DNA of 64,000 bases from positions 801,912 through 865,911 of the forward strand of contig JAAOMT010000590.1 of the NCBI GenBank assembly GCA_016748015.1. Reading direction: 5' to 3'. The stretch's first letter is position 1, and each line of letters opens with the position of its first letter. The notes beneath the pieces are model-generated. The model was not told the origin of the DNA. It saw only the letters and a list, made by a program, of their open reading frames with translations, and did not search any database. This document shows, piece after piece, positions 1-12,649 of this stretch. Both the position numbers and the translations under genes were made by a program. Origin of the DNA: Geosiphon pyriformis uo1 (lineage: Eukaryota > Fungi > Glomeromycota).

Positions 1-2661
1 GCTTTGGAAGAAATTATAATTGCAGCGATGAACGATGATTCAAATTTGAGCTTAATACCTCGGATTTCGAATTTAAGCGAAATACAAGTTGACTTACCAT
101 TTGGCAATGATAGTCATCAGTTTAATAGGTTAATTCAACCCCAAAGCTCCCTATCAGTCCAATACGGGATAAATCGCACCAAGTCATGGTTAAAAGCAAC
201 AAAGTCGCAAATTAAAATCTCTCTAAGTCAGATCTTCACGATAAGAAATCATCCTTTATGGGCAGTGCGCCTGGCATTTGCGAAATTTTCACATGCTATC
301 TTAATTCGGTGCTCAAAAACTTTGGATAACTCTGCTTCAATATTAATTGAAACTTTAGTGCTTAATTTGAGTGACGAATACGAAGCCGTGTCGACTCCAT
401 GTAGACAATATTTGCTTTCTTTAAGAAACCATGATACTTTCCAAGAAAATTTGAAGCCTATTCTCAAAGAAAGTTTCAACAATTGGCTAACTTCCTTACC
501 CCGATACATTATGTCCATGGATGAAAATGGAAAATTTAATGCGATAATGCTGTTATCAGGATTCATTTTACTTTTGGGGTCAGAAATACAGACTGTACTC
601 AATTTATCATTGCAACAGGTCTCTCATGGATTAATCAAAGCATTAGAGTTTAATATGATGGATATTCAGGTCACAGAAAATAGAATTTTTGTCGGACAAT
701 ACGATTCACTTTTCGAAGAAAGGAAAGGTTTGGATCAAAGAGGTGTTGGAATAAGTTCAGAACACGAGCTTCCTTCATTTCTTTCTCATCAATTTAAATA
801 TATTCGAGAAAAACGTGCAACATCCGCTATACGCATTCTTTTCCGTCTGTTGGGCTATTTCGGCAATGTAGGCTTTATGATTGATCATTTCTTATCCTAT
901 TTACACAATTTACAAAGTTATCGGCTTCATCCCACATGTATATTTATCACGAATGAGTTGATATTGGGTGCTGCAAGTATCGGAGTTAAAGCAAGCTCAA
1001 TTACTGAAGGTTTTTGCGATATCAGTCCCTCCAATTCCCTTTCAGATTTGAGGAAAATCGCAAAAAATTTATTAAGAGAATATATTGAATCAAATCTTAT
1101 AAAAGAATATGAAAACAAAATATCTTTTGAATCATCATCTATTGTCAAGTACAAAGATATTGAAAAGATAACGTCGAGTTCAAAGCAGCTAAATGGGAAC
1201 AGCAGTCTTAACTACAATCCTATTCTCAATTGCATCATTTTGGAAGGGGTAGCAAATATATCACGCGTATTGCAAGAAAATTTCAAAATTGACTTGATAT
1301 ATGCTCTTTATCCAATATTAGAGAAATTAGGGGAAAAAAATAATATGGTTCACGAAACAGCTCAAATTGTTTTGATTCATATAGCTCATTGGTGTGGCTA
1401 TTCCTCTTCAAAGTCCTTGGTTTTGGAAAACGTTGATTATCTTATAAATGCTGTATCTCGAAAGTTGAGACAAATTCATTTATATCCGAAGGCACCTCAG
1501 GTTCTTAGCGCAATGGTTAACGTTGCTGGTTCTTCAATATTGACATTTCTAGATGATTCTTTGGAAGAAATATTTGATGCTATAGATCAATATCATACGG
1601 AGTTAGAAGTGTTGTTTCAAATGGCAAATGTTCTCTACACCATAGTCACTGCGATTAGCAGACCAAAAAAGGAGGAAACCAAAAAATTCGAGAAAAACTC
1701 AGAAAGGGAACCTCCAAAAGTCCTGGAATCTGGGTTATCTAAAGATATACAAGATTTTATTGTTGGATATTCTCCTATGAACCCATCAGATTCAAAGGAA
1801 GACAACCAAGAAAAAACAAATTTTGAAGATGTTGGCAAATATTTTGTTGAATACCACAAAAACAAGGAAAAAGAAGAACTAAATGAGCAAGGAATCATTG
1901 AAGCTGAGCGAGAGAAACCTGAAATCAAACCTTCTCAACCACAATTGACCTGTCTTAACTGTATTAATAAAGTAATGCATTCTCTGACTGTCTCTTCCCC
2001 TCAGCTTCGCGCCTTAATATTAGAGTTGATTCGAATATCACTTCCAACACTTCGATCAATTCCTCATGAGTTATTTCCTCTTATCCACCGAATTTGGCCC
2101 AGTATTATAAATCGACTGAAGGACAAGGAACATTACGTGGTACTGGCAGCAGTTCGATTGATTGAATCTATCTCAATTTCTTGTGGAGACTTTTTGTCAA
2201 AACGTGTCTTGGATGACGTTTGGCCAATGTTTCAGAATTTATTACAACAGCAATCGACAATGGGACGGGAATCGGCAATGGGATCTTCACCTTTCTCCAA
2301 ATCTCATCAAATCCAAACCGTTATCTTAAGGACAATTAGGGTGATCATAAACCGTGTTGTATTAAAAAACGAAATTCTTTTTCAAATAATGGATAACACT
2401 TGGATCTTTTTAAGTGATGAATTCCATGATGAAATTCAAAATGCCGCACGACAATGTTATATGGAGCTGGCAAAGAAAGTTCCTGATGCTGTTTGGTTAT
2501 TATGCGGATCTCTTGGTGAAGAAAACGATTTGATCATTAAAGAAGTTCATGATCCATTGTTAGTGAAGGTGATTTGGCCAAGATACTTTTTTAGAGTATC
2601 AAAAGGGCACGCTAGCCGATTCAAAAGAAATATTATGATAATTTCGGACAAATTGCCATAA
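1..2661 (+). CDS. TTI1: TEL2-interacting protein 1 (TTT complex HEAT/ARM-repeat subunit), 5'-truncated by the window edge
   Basis: 885-aa open helical-repeat frame with Tti1-like segments (LIYALYPILEKLG, LVLENVDYLINAVSRKL, LFPLIHRIWPSIINRL, CGDFLSKRVLDDVWP, PDAVWL). Stop TAA at 2659-2661. Confidence 0.85.
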   Translation, partial: ALEEIIIAAMNDDSNLSLIPRISNLSEIQVDLPFGNDSHQFNRLIQPQSSLSVQYGINRTKSWLKATKSQIKISLSQIFTIRNHPLWAVRLAFAKFSHAILIRCSKTLDNSASILIETLVLNLSDEYEAVSTPCRQYLLSLRNHDTFQENLKPILKESFNNWLTSLPRYIMSMDENGKFNAIMLLSGFILLLGSEIQTVLNLSLQQVSHGLIKALEFNMMDIQVTENRIFVGQYDSLFEERKGLDQRGVGISSEHELPSFLSHQFKYIREKRATSAIRILFRLLGYFGNVGFMIDHFLSYLHNLQSYRLHPTCIFITNELILGAASIGVKASSITEGFCDISPSNSLSDLRKIAKNLLREYIESNLIKEYENKISFESSSIVKYKDIEKITSSSKQLNGNSSLNYNPILNCIILEGVANISRVLQENFKIDLIYALYPILEKLGEKNNMVHETAQIVLIHIAHWCGYSSSKSLVLENVDYLINAVSRKLRQIHLYPKAPQVLSAMVNVAGSSILTFLDDSLEEIFDAIDQYHTELEVLFQMANVLYTIVTAISRPKKEETKKFEKNSEREPPKVLESGLSKDIQDFIVGYSPMNPSDSKEDNQEKTNFEDVGKYFVEYHKNKEKEELNEQGIIEAEREKPEIKPSQPQLTCLNCINKVMHSLTVSSPQLRALILELIRISLPTLRSIPHELFPLIHRIWPSIINRLKDKEHYVVLAAVRLIESISISCGDFLSKRVLDDVWPMFQNLLQQQSTMGRESAMGSSPFSKSHQIQTVILRTIRVIINRVVLKNEILFQIMDNTWIFLSDEFHDEIQNAARQCYMELAKKVPDAVWLLCGSLGEENDLIIKEVHDPLLVKVIWPRYFFRVSKGHASRFKRNIMIISDKLP

Positions 2662-2889
2662 TAAATTTAAAATTTTTATTTACGGTAGATTCCATCTATG
2701 TTATTGTAATAGCTTGAAAATTCGTAACTGTTTCCGTGTATGCTTAATATGTTTTAATTTGCTTCAATTTCTTTGGATGAAAAATTTAATGAGCCCTAAT
2801 GCCTTTGACAAATTTTTTATTTCATTTTTAATTAATTATTTTTGCGAAAATGGAATGATATTAGGATCGCCCGAAAATTTGAATTTTAT

Positions 2890-4540
2890 GTTATATTGCA
2901 GTCTCCTTATACTCCTTGGCGTTTAATGGATTTTCGTTAGAGGGAGAATATTTTTGTGCCTTCCGCGATATTCCTTGCAATTTTAAGTGATAATCCATAA
3001 CTCGGCTCTATAATGCAAAATATAAGTTAGGTCAATAAAAGCAATTATCAGGATTCGTACCTTGAAAAATACACTTTTCCTATGATTTCATCTATCACAT
3101 ATGCTTGGTCGTTGTTATCCGGAATCGTAAAATTAGTGAGAATATCAACAGTGTGCAAGCCTCCTTTAACACGATGCATCGTGTAAATTGTTATTTCACG
3201 CTCTAATATGATAAAACAAAATATAATGAATAATTAAATCAGTAACAAACACAACATGAAGGTTACGTAAGGTAAACAAGTACACCAAAGCTTTGAAGGC
3301 ATAAGAGTTGATCTTCAGTTGCATTACGTCTTAAGTGGTGTTGCGGTTAATAAAAAATTGATACTTGCATTACTAAAAAGATAGTAGGTTCCATGAACTT
3401 TTAGTGTGTAAAGTCTTCAAGGCATGAATATCTGAAAATTACAAACCCTTAAATAATTTCTCCATACCTTCGCAATATTTAGTACATTTATTGGATTTCC
3501 TACCACTTCTAAAAATCCAATTTCTATTTCAATCGCGAATTCATCTGAATTTTTAGGATACCTTGATGTTTTGATCCAAGATTTACTCGAGGCTTTTGGC
3601 CTTTTGTTTGGTTTCGGTGTTGCTTACGGAGGGTGCTTTCTACCTCTCCACTAAAAAAATATTATATTTACAAAATTAAAGAATTTACCATATTAAACAT
3701 AATATAGAATATTATAATAACATACATTTGGAACCGGATTTTATCATTTATATAATCAAATACCTTATAATTAAAGGATTAATAAATGAATCTCTGTAAG
3801 CTATCTCCTGCGTATTCGCATCACGAAGTATATTAACAGGTGATGTGAATAAGAATATGCCAAAGTGAAATATGTAAATTAATGAAATGTATGCAATAAT
3901 ACAATATGTACGCTATACCTATAATTGCCTATAGATATCTTGTACTCATAACATGTCAAAATGTTTTTTAAAATTAAATTCACCCCTCAAACAGTATTTC
4001 AAAAACCGAGCTTGACTTTACCTTAATGGCACAAGCATACTTGTTGATTAAAGGTTTTCCCACTTTGACCGGCGCACTGTATTCTGTTTCTCTTCAGCCG
4101 ATGGCTCCATCTAAAAGAACATGTAAAATTATTAATTTAAAGCTGATGGGATTGCTAATATAAAATACATACTTCCTCCCAAACTCTCTCATTTTTCTTT
4201 ATCATGATTTGAGAAGACTTTATTAACTGGATCAACAAAATTTTTTTCGGAGGTTTACAATATGGTAATCAAAAAGACGATGCTTCACATTTTCCATTTT
4301 TGCGATAAGGTCTTGAAACTCGATTAATATATTCTCACTCACATTACCACTGTGTAGACTATCAAGATAATTATTGTCATCTTCAAGGCTACCAGATTGA
4401 GCCTGTAAAAAGTCACACGGAGGGAGGGTTGTAGTGGGAGAGGCTTCTTCAACTGCCACTACGTCGGTTTCATTTGCTCTCATCACCTTTGGTTTGCATA
4501 TCTTGGAACCACTTTCCACAGCATGCGACATGGCACCCAC
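2890..4540 (-). pseudogene. Disrupted multi-exon gene of a restriction-endonuclease-fold (PD-(D/E)xK-like, Crinkler C-terminal-like) family
   Basis: Exons translated by hand: FTSPVNILRDANTQEIAYRDSFINPLI / GEVESTLRKQHRNQTKGQKPRVNLGSKHQGILKI..IEIGFLEVVG / VMQVSIFY*PQHH..LQSFG / EREITIYTMHRVKGGLHTVDILTNFTIPD. GT-AG introns, an in-frame TAA near 3347 and at least two frameshifts. Confidence 0.6.
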
Positions 4541-5159
4541 TTCAACCGCAATCGCAGGGTGTGGTTAAACTAAGCATTCCGGACAAGAACATGCACGCTT
4601 CTAACTTGGCTCAACCGCCCAGGGTACGATGGGACTGAGGGGCTCAAAGCACACCGCGATGTACCTTACACGACAAAGTCATTCAACTGCAATCGCAAGG
4701 TGTGGTAAAACCAGAGTAGTACGTATATTTGTGTCTGGAGCCTGCCTTTAAAAAGAAAAATGTACTGACCCTCAGAAGGGCCAAAAGAGATGAAGCTTTC
4801 TTATATTCACGGCTTTTGGCAGGGAGATTTTCAATAAGTTTATCCAGATCCTTTGCCATTGCGTGATGCGAGATTAATAACGTCGTTGGGCAACATAGCT
4901 GGCTGGGAGAACAGATAAATCGCAGGCAAAGAAGTGTGATTTAGAAGAGAGCTTGGTGACAACGGCACAATTAATACTTGAACCGTGATTTTGCTCATGA
5001 ACTGAAGGAGATGCGAATAAGGCAGGTCCATTCTTTGATCTACGTTCTATTTCCCAATTATCAGCAAGTAGGCGGTCTGGTCGCGTATTCTTAAGTAAAA
5101 TATTGATGAATTAGCAGTATTCCCAGCCAGTATCCCATTATCTCATTCAAGTCCCATTG

Positions 5160-5300
5160 GTCAACTAACAGTTTTAAACATCAGGCAAGCTAACAGGTCA
5201 CCTGTGTCCCAATGGGGTCGACTAAAAGTCTTTTAACATCAGGCAAGGTAACAGGTCACCTGCGCTCCAACACTGGCTTTGTGGCTCGACTAATAGTCTT
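5160..5300. repeat. Imperfect ~59-bp tandem duplication (2 copies plus a partial third)
   Basis: AACATCAGGCAAG(c/g)TAACAGGTCACCTG at ~5177 and ~5235; CGACTAA-AGTCTT recurs at ~5288. Confidence 0.8.
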
Positions 5301-6027
5301 GAATGGCAAAGGTCCCTTGCCACGCCACTCAACATTTCAAGCAAAAAGGTTGTTTACTCCCCTTCTTATAGTTGTCAATCAGCAGCATGCAAGAAACCAA
5401 GAATATACCATTGCGAAGCCCTGCAACTGAAGTAAGTATGCAACGTAATTTTGCTCATGAACTGAATAAATCACGCGTCGTTATGTAATGGTTGGGATGT
5501 AAACGAAAAATGGTTACGCCACATGTTTACTTTGCCGCAGCATACCCCATGCCATTTTTGTTTCGAAACAGAGCTTGCGCGTCGTTACGTAATGGTTGGA
5601 AAATGTTTACGCTATATGTTTACAAAAAATGTTTACGTCATGTGTTCGAAAAAAATTGAGTCAGTAGTAACGTGATCAATTAGGGAATGATTGGCTTGAT
5701 GTAATTGTGTTACCAACACAGAATGGCGCAATAAAATAATCCGAGCTTTCAAACTTTCAAACTTTCAAATTGAAATTAAACAATTCAAGGTTGAATATTT
5801 GTTTACACTTTGGAAAATCAGAGTTAGCATTAAGGGGTTTTTTAGTTAGTTTTAAACCATTAAGAAATTAAGTTACCATTATTCATTTCGAGTGAAAATA
5901 GGATATTATATTAGGTGATGAAAATAAAAAGAAAATGGAAATGTTCAATTAAATATAATTAAGAACCTTGACGCATCAAGTTGTCGCGAAAAGAGTAAAA
6001 GATAGATGGCTCAAAAAATTCTAAAAT

Positions 6028-9000
6028 TCATTTTTCATCGTCGGCATCGCTGTCATTATTCAAATGCTGCAGCACTTGATTACTCCTTTGAGTACCAATT
6101 CCATTGGTAATATTGTTCATGTGGTGTTGTTCCACAAACAATCCAACACCAGGAATCACACTCATCTCAGCGCTGACATTATTCGCAGATTTATCTAACC
6201 CAGCAATATTCAGCCATCCATCGGACGTAGATGCGGAGGTATCATGGTTACGGACGGCTCTGGTCATATGTATGGTATTACACTCAAAAGTATCGCGTGC
6301 TTCAAGCTTTGAAAACTTTTTCACCATCTCAATTTCTTCCATTAAGGTGTTATAACGATGGTTGATGCGAACATAAGGAACGTTTGTCTTGTGAATATCT
6401 TTTATGTTGATGTATAAATTTAAAAATTCTGTCACATTAATTTAAAAGGTACTCTGAGTAAAAAGTGATATGAACCATACCATTTCCGTCTCTACCAGGC
6501 AAATACCATTTATTTCCTAACCAATGCTGTTTAACACTCGTCTCAAATCCACTCTGCATTACAGAATTACGTGCAAGTTCACACATATCTGTCGCGGAAA
6601 GTTTCCAAATCTTAGGCCATCATGACTTCAGAGTTAGTAAATCTTTACGCGTGAAATACACGGCGATCTTAGGGGTCAATGGATTAGAGAATTACCTGAG
6701 CAGCCACACTATACTCTTCAATAAGAGGTTCTTTGGTAAAATGGAATTGTAACGGGTCATCCGTACTAAGACTGATGTTCAGGCCTTTTTGGAAGAAACT
6801 CTTTAACGGATTCCTTTCGTAATTCAAGAACAAAGCATTGTTGGACAATGGGGACATTGCGATTCCGATTTGCTTAAGATAGTAAAGATATTGAAGGGCC
6901 GGTACTTTTCTCAGTAAGATACCATGCGAGATTGATTGAGAAGTGAGGAAAGCAGAAGTAAGGTGATCAGTATCACCAGCTTCTCCAGCATGAGGCCGAA
7001 GCACAAATGTATCTAAACGGCGAGATTTAACATCAAGAACATTTAGGACAGAAATTTGCAATATCACATCTAAATGAAAAATTATACTTACTGAATCCCC
7101 TAGTCTTCCTCCATTGATTTAAACTTGTCATGTTCGCATACATGTAATACAAGTAGTAAGAATAAGGCGGATTTAACTTAGTGTTCCAATCTTTCGGAAA
7201 CGGATACTTCCTATGAATACGCCGTTCTGCTTTTGACTCGTCATCTACACTGTCAAAACCGACGACACGTTTAAGAAAAACGTGTAATTCGGGATGTGAG
7301 CGTGGATCTTGTGTGACTTCGTATAAAGGCTCGAAAATATCTGACAAAATATATAAAATGAATAAGATTTTTGATATTTTAACCAGGTTTAACAAGTTCA
7401 CAACTCACTCTTGATAACATCCTCAAAGTTGTTTATCGTTTTATTACTGATATAGGCATCATATATTCTAGGAACCTGTATTAGCCAACGTACATTCGGT
7501 GAGAAGATTTTATTTTCCACAATCCATTTGGCGAGCTTATCCCATTCGGATTTGGAGCTATTCAGAAGACATTACTTTTAGAAGAAATATAAGATAGACG
7601 GGGACTAGTATTTCTTAGCCTTTACCGTCCATATATGGAGATTCTGTATTCAGCCGATTGATATTTACTAGCCTCCAAATCTGAGATTACCTCTATTAAA
7701 TGGAGATAGCTGATTAAAATAAAGGCAGCGGTGAAAGAGTTTCAAGATAAATTCACAAACCTTTGGTCAATTCGGCAAAATATTGACCTTTAATGTAGTT
7801 ATCAGTTTTTAAAAAGATTTCTCTCAGTCGAGATTCACCGATCGGATTGTATTTAAGGTTAAATTTATCAAATCGATGGAAGGTATCTGTGTGGGCCTTT
7901 AATGAAACAATGATGGAGCGTTCAACAATTTTGTAATATTAATTTTCAAACTTATTTCAGAAATCACTCACATGCATGTCCAAAGTATCTATACTAAGAT
8001 CATATGCCGACAGCTTTAAACTTTCAAATACTTCTGTGAGGGTGAGAACTTTATTATCTCGAAAGATGACTAAATCCTATTTGTAAAGATAAATTTTAAA
8101 CCGAGTCGATCGAGTCGAGTCAAGTCAAGCTTTTAACGAAAGAGAAAATCGGGAAATCTGCTTCATACATACATCGGCGTTCCTTTTCAGCTTTGATTTA
8201 ATGAATCGAAGAAGGTGCTTAGAGTTCATACAAGAGGATAGATGAACGTGTGTATCGACTTTTCGCACGTTATAAAAATCGCGATGTGGAACTTTCTGAA
8301 CAGAGCAATAAAAGTCAAGATGTTGATTCAGAATAAACTTTTGATTTAAAAGATATTTTACAAGAAACTCGAGTTAAATCGTACCTTAGAGTCCGCTATT
8401 TCCTGAAATTCTTTGGATATAAAGTACATGTTCCATTTGCTCTCCAAATATCGTAAACGTCTATAGGCATAACTCTTGGCAGGTCCATCCGAGATGGTTT
8501 CCAAAATATAATCAAGATCCATAAAATATTCTCTGATACTTGGGACTTTGTAAGCGGGTTCAGAATCTGTGGTGATATAGATGAAGAATAGGTGTGAAAT
8601 TGAAGATTAAGGAAGATTGAACCACCTTAAACAACGTTACCTTCTTTACATTCGAAAACCTGATACACGCCTGTTGGATCTAATTTAAAAATAAACTTCA
8701 AGGCAAAATAGCAAGAAGCCATTAGCCATAAAACCACAAAACAGCCCAGCACGTAAAAATTCAATCAAACCACTCAAAAGAACCTACGTCGTGAGCACCA
8801 GGAATGTGACAATCTTGAAAAACAAAATCTTCACCCACTTGCTTCTTCTCTTTTCTAGGGCGATTATTACGAAAACTTGCCTCTCTCTGATTCTGAGGAC
8901 GTCTTGGCCAAGTTGGTGGCGGTGGTGCCGGGTAAACTTCCCAATCATTTTGGTCCGTAGGATTATCACCAAGTCGTTGTAACGACAACATCATATATTT

Positions 9001-9915
9001 ATCCCGAAGTTGAAGACATTTATGAAAGTTGGTGTGCAGAGTGCTTAATTCATCCTTGACTTGCTCATCTAATATGATAAGCTTGGTATTAGCTGAAATG
9101 AGCTTTAAGGAAAAAGAGAAAGGTTCAATAATTGTATCGTAGTACTCGACCAAGATAATCTTCGCCTGGAGTCTTTCCGGAGTTAGATTTATCAGCCTCT
9201 AACCTGACCGGTGCTAATATCTCGTCTTCTTTAAGGAGATCTGCGACTGGACTGGAAGGTTTGACGGCTGACTGTTTCTGGGCCCAAAAATGAGAATCTT
9301 GCTATTGAATAAAAAGCAAATTAAATGGAGTTCTTATAATGAGAAGTAACTAAGAAACTGTGATAAGTAGTTCAGGGTCAGTAATTGAAGGCTGAATTAC
9401 AATAAAATCGAGTCCTGTATATAATAATTTTCACCAATTCGGCGAATTTCGTTTTCTTAAAGAGCTGAAATAAAGTCTTATTCGGATCATAACATAAGCT
9501 AAGTAAGAATCCAAAATCTTTTTATAAGGAGTACGTAAGCAACGAGGTCAAAGTGAATTGAGTGTAATGTTTAAGCTAGAATAGCTTTGGACAACAACAC
9601 TTCAGTACAAAGACCTAGTGACGCGCCAAATAAAACCCTCTGACTAGGTCTTTCCCATCTTAAGTCAGCAGCCCGTCTAGCCTCTAGCTTCAATAAGAAA
9701 ATCCTACCAAGTCTTAAACTTACAGTTTTAATAGTTTTATCAACATGATACGAATAAAAAGGTGTGGTCAATGGGTTGCTGGCACCGTTAAGAGGTGAAG
9801 ATTGCGGCTTATCAAAATTGTTTTGGCCTTCGTCTGCTAGTGAGTGAGCTCCTACATAGTCCTCAGGAGAGGTTGAAAGCGAATTGTAAGGATCTTGTCC
9901 TGTTGTTCCTGCCAT
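6028..9915 (-). CDS. AMD1: AMP deaminase, multi-exon
   Basis: Motifs [103 protein letters not shown]. Start MAGTTG at 9915; canonical introns. Confidence 0.95.
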
Positions 9916-10723
9916 GTTGATGATATGCCGCTCGGGATACTATTTTGAAAGGCTGCTGTGAAGAAAAGATACTAATTATATAATTGATACGCGTGGCATT
10001 AAGAGCGCGGCAGATTTACATTCTACATGTTGAGCTTAAATTCCTCAGTTATATGAACTCCTAGCCGCCCTAGATAGAAAATACAATTGCAGCCGTGAGA
10101 ATTTACCACAGATTTGAAATATTATTATCTATTTGTGATAATACAATTTTTAATATCAGTTCATGTGACAAATTTTTAGACATCAATAAAATTAAAGCAT
10201 TGTCATAGCGCCGATAGAATTAGTTGTCGAATTGTGGATGGATCCTGTTATTTATTAGTGCTACTGATAGATATTTTTTATTTTATATCAGAATTTGGTT
10301 TATAAGAAAAGCTCTGGCCTGATTGATAACACTTTGGTGATCGAAATATGAGAAATTTTGGCTAAATTGCATTTAGCAATCTTTTCTTTCTATTTGAAAC
10401 TTCTTTTTCAAATTTTAAAAACAAAAATTTAAGCTTGTTAGCTTCTTCCTGGTTCCGTACGTGTTTTTAATTAAGGTTTTGGATTCAGAACTTACAACAT
10501 GGAAAGAACGATCATTCATAAGAAGAAATATAAAACGAATTGATCCTTGGGGAAAATTTTGTTTTTGGAAATTATTGAATCTCCATTTCTTGAGATCTGG
10601 TTCCGGGTAAGAATATAATAATAATGTGGAATCTAAAATTTTGTAAAACAATCTAATTATTATTTAAAAAGATGACCTGGATTAATGGCTCTCCTTTAGT
10701 CTAGTTTAAATTGAAGTGATCTT

Positions 10724-11058
10724 CTATCGTGGGTGATCCAAAAGGAATTGTGCTGCTCTATTCATATCGTTGTTGGCTGACCGGATGGCCTGAGCGATAT
10801 GGGATTGTGAACTTTGTGGAAACATTGCTTGTAATGTCGCAATCTGTTCATCCGTAATCGCAGCTGGCGATAATGCCTATTACCAATCGACTGGGTTTAT
10901 TATTTTGTACCGATAAAGAGATGAGCAATTGTAAAAGGATTTAATGATGTTTTGTCATGGCATACCTGTGGTGAAGCTACTCCACCATATCGTCGCCCTG
11001 ATCGATCATGAAAGTGGCGATCGTCCAAGTTTACAGTATTTGAGCGACGTATTGTTCT

Positions 11059-11092
<34 letters not shown>

Positions 11093-12337
11093 AAAAAGGG
11101 TAGGATGAACTTTTCAGCAAATCGATTTAGAAATGCTGGAAACCGCCATCGCTTAAATCCAAATCTGTTGCTCTGATACAGAACACTTGCCAGTAAACCA
11201 CAAATACCGGCTATTGATGATGCAGGATATCGAAAGCTCAGTAGCTGTGTTTTACAACGAGATAATAAAAATATAAACACATCTATTGAAATAAAGAAAT
11301 CACATTGATGGGAAAAAAAGCAATTTGATGTAGCCTTCACTTACATTTAATCCCAGACCATATATGATAAGATTATTTGATATTGGCAACCCAAAAATAG
11401 TAAATAATGGGGTAGCTGGAATGATTCTTTGATACTGGTAAATACCGGCAAAGATAATAGCATATGGTCCGCTAGGTATAAATTTTAATCCGTAGGATCG
11501 ACCGGCCCACAATGCACCCAACTCCAATAATGTGGATATAGCCGATGAAGCAAGTATGAATGCCTAAACATTATATAGTGAGAATAAAAATTTTGTTATT
11601 AGGCGAGAATACTGAACCTAAATATAGTAATTGCCAAAATGAAAGTCCTCAAACTCTCAATTAAGATTATTGTTGGTAGAGATAATTTGATATTATCAAT
11701 CGCTGATCTAACAGAGCTTTTTTTTAGGTTAATAATTGAGCTGAACCAATCTACATTAAAATATAGAGCCTGAACACCATGAATTTTAATATCCACATTA
11801 AACATACCGCATATTTGGCTGATCCAAACTGTCGCTCAATGTTTCTTAAGTTATACAGCACCATCCCACCCAAAACCGCCTCTCCAGCATTGGTAAATGA
11901 GCAATGTGAAGTGATCAATCGCCAAAACTAGAAATCTCATGAACAATGCCAAGCAATATTCAGTATGAAGGGATTAAGCCATAAGTATTCAGATCCAAAA
12001 ATTCAAGGAGAAATTAAATTTTGGTAATTTTGATCCGAAGAATAAATAGAATAAAGATTATATAGTAATGGACAGATACCTCATGATCCACAGTTAAATT
12101 CGGTATTAATTGAAGATGCAAGTTTGGTTGGAGATCAAAATAATGGGCGGCCAAAGAGCACCCACCGACGCCGAGTATCAAAGCTTTTGTTACTGGGGCG
12201 TTTCTGAAGCCTAAAATGACATATTAATTAGGAAACACTTTGAGATTTCGAAAATTTTCAAGTTCCCCGAGATAAAAAGATCCGAATTCAGTAATGCTCA
12301 AGTTCAAACACTTACTGTATGATCCAGAAAAACCCAT
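10724..12337 (-). CDS. DSC2: Dsc2/UBAC2-like rhomboid pseudoprotease with C-terminal UBA-type domain
   Basis: Spliced MGFSGSYS/FRNAPVTKALI..., FWRLITSHCSF, LRNIERQFGSAKYA, FIPSGPYAIIFA, SIAGICGLLAS; last exon ITDEQIATLQAMFP..SANNDMNRAAQFLL, stop TAG at 10724-10726. Confidence 0.8.
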
Positions 12338-12573
12338 TATAAATCTGGCTGTAAGAATTGTCAGTAAAGGTGTTTTTCCTAAGTAAACCTTTGAAGTAGT
12401 GAATCGATTTTTATTTTTGGAAACGTGGCAAAGCGTCAATTATAAATGCTAAATTATTTCAAGTGACTCAGGCTCTAATATCAGGATTGCAGATGATGTT
12501 AAACCAATAAAAGTTTTTGTTTTTTGAAAATAAAGATTATTTGATTTTATAATGGGGCACACTACAACAAAAC

Positions 12574-12609
12574 ATGACGTCACCAGTGACTTGGTGATCA
12601 AAAAATTTG
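12574..12609 (+). repeat. Left arm of ~30-bp inverted repeat (contains TGACGTCA and TGATCA)
   Basis: ATGACGTCACCAGTGACTTGGTGATCAAAA matches the reverse complement of 30163-30192 at 28/30 positions. Confidence 0.85.
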
Positions 12610-12649
12610 TCTTTAAAAGTTTTTATTTTTTAACACTTAATAAATTGCA

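Noticed and set aside
9571-9720. C-terminal part of track ORF 9571..9915
   Set aside because: Read-through into AMD1 intron 1 (GTAAGT donor after KTIKT).
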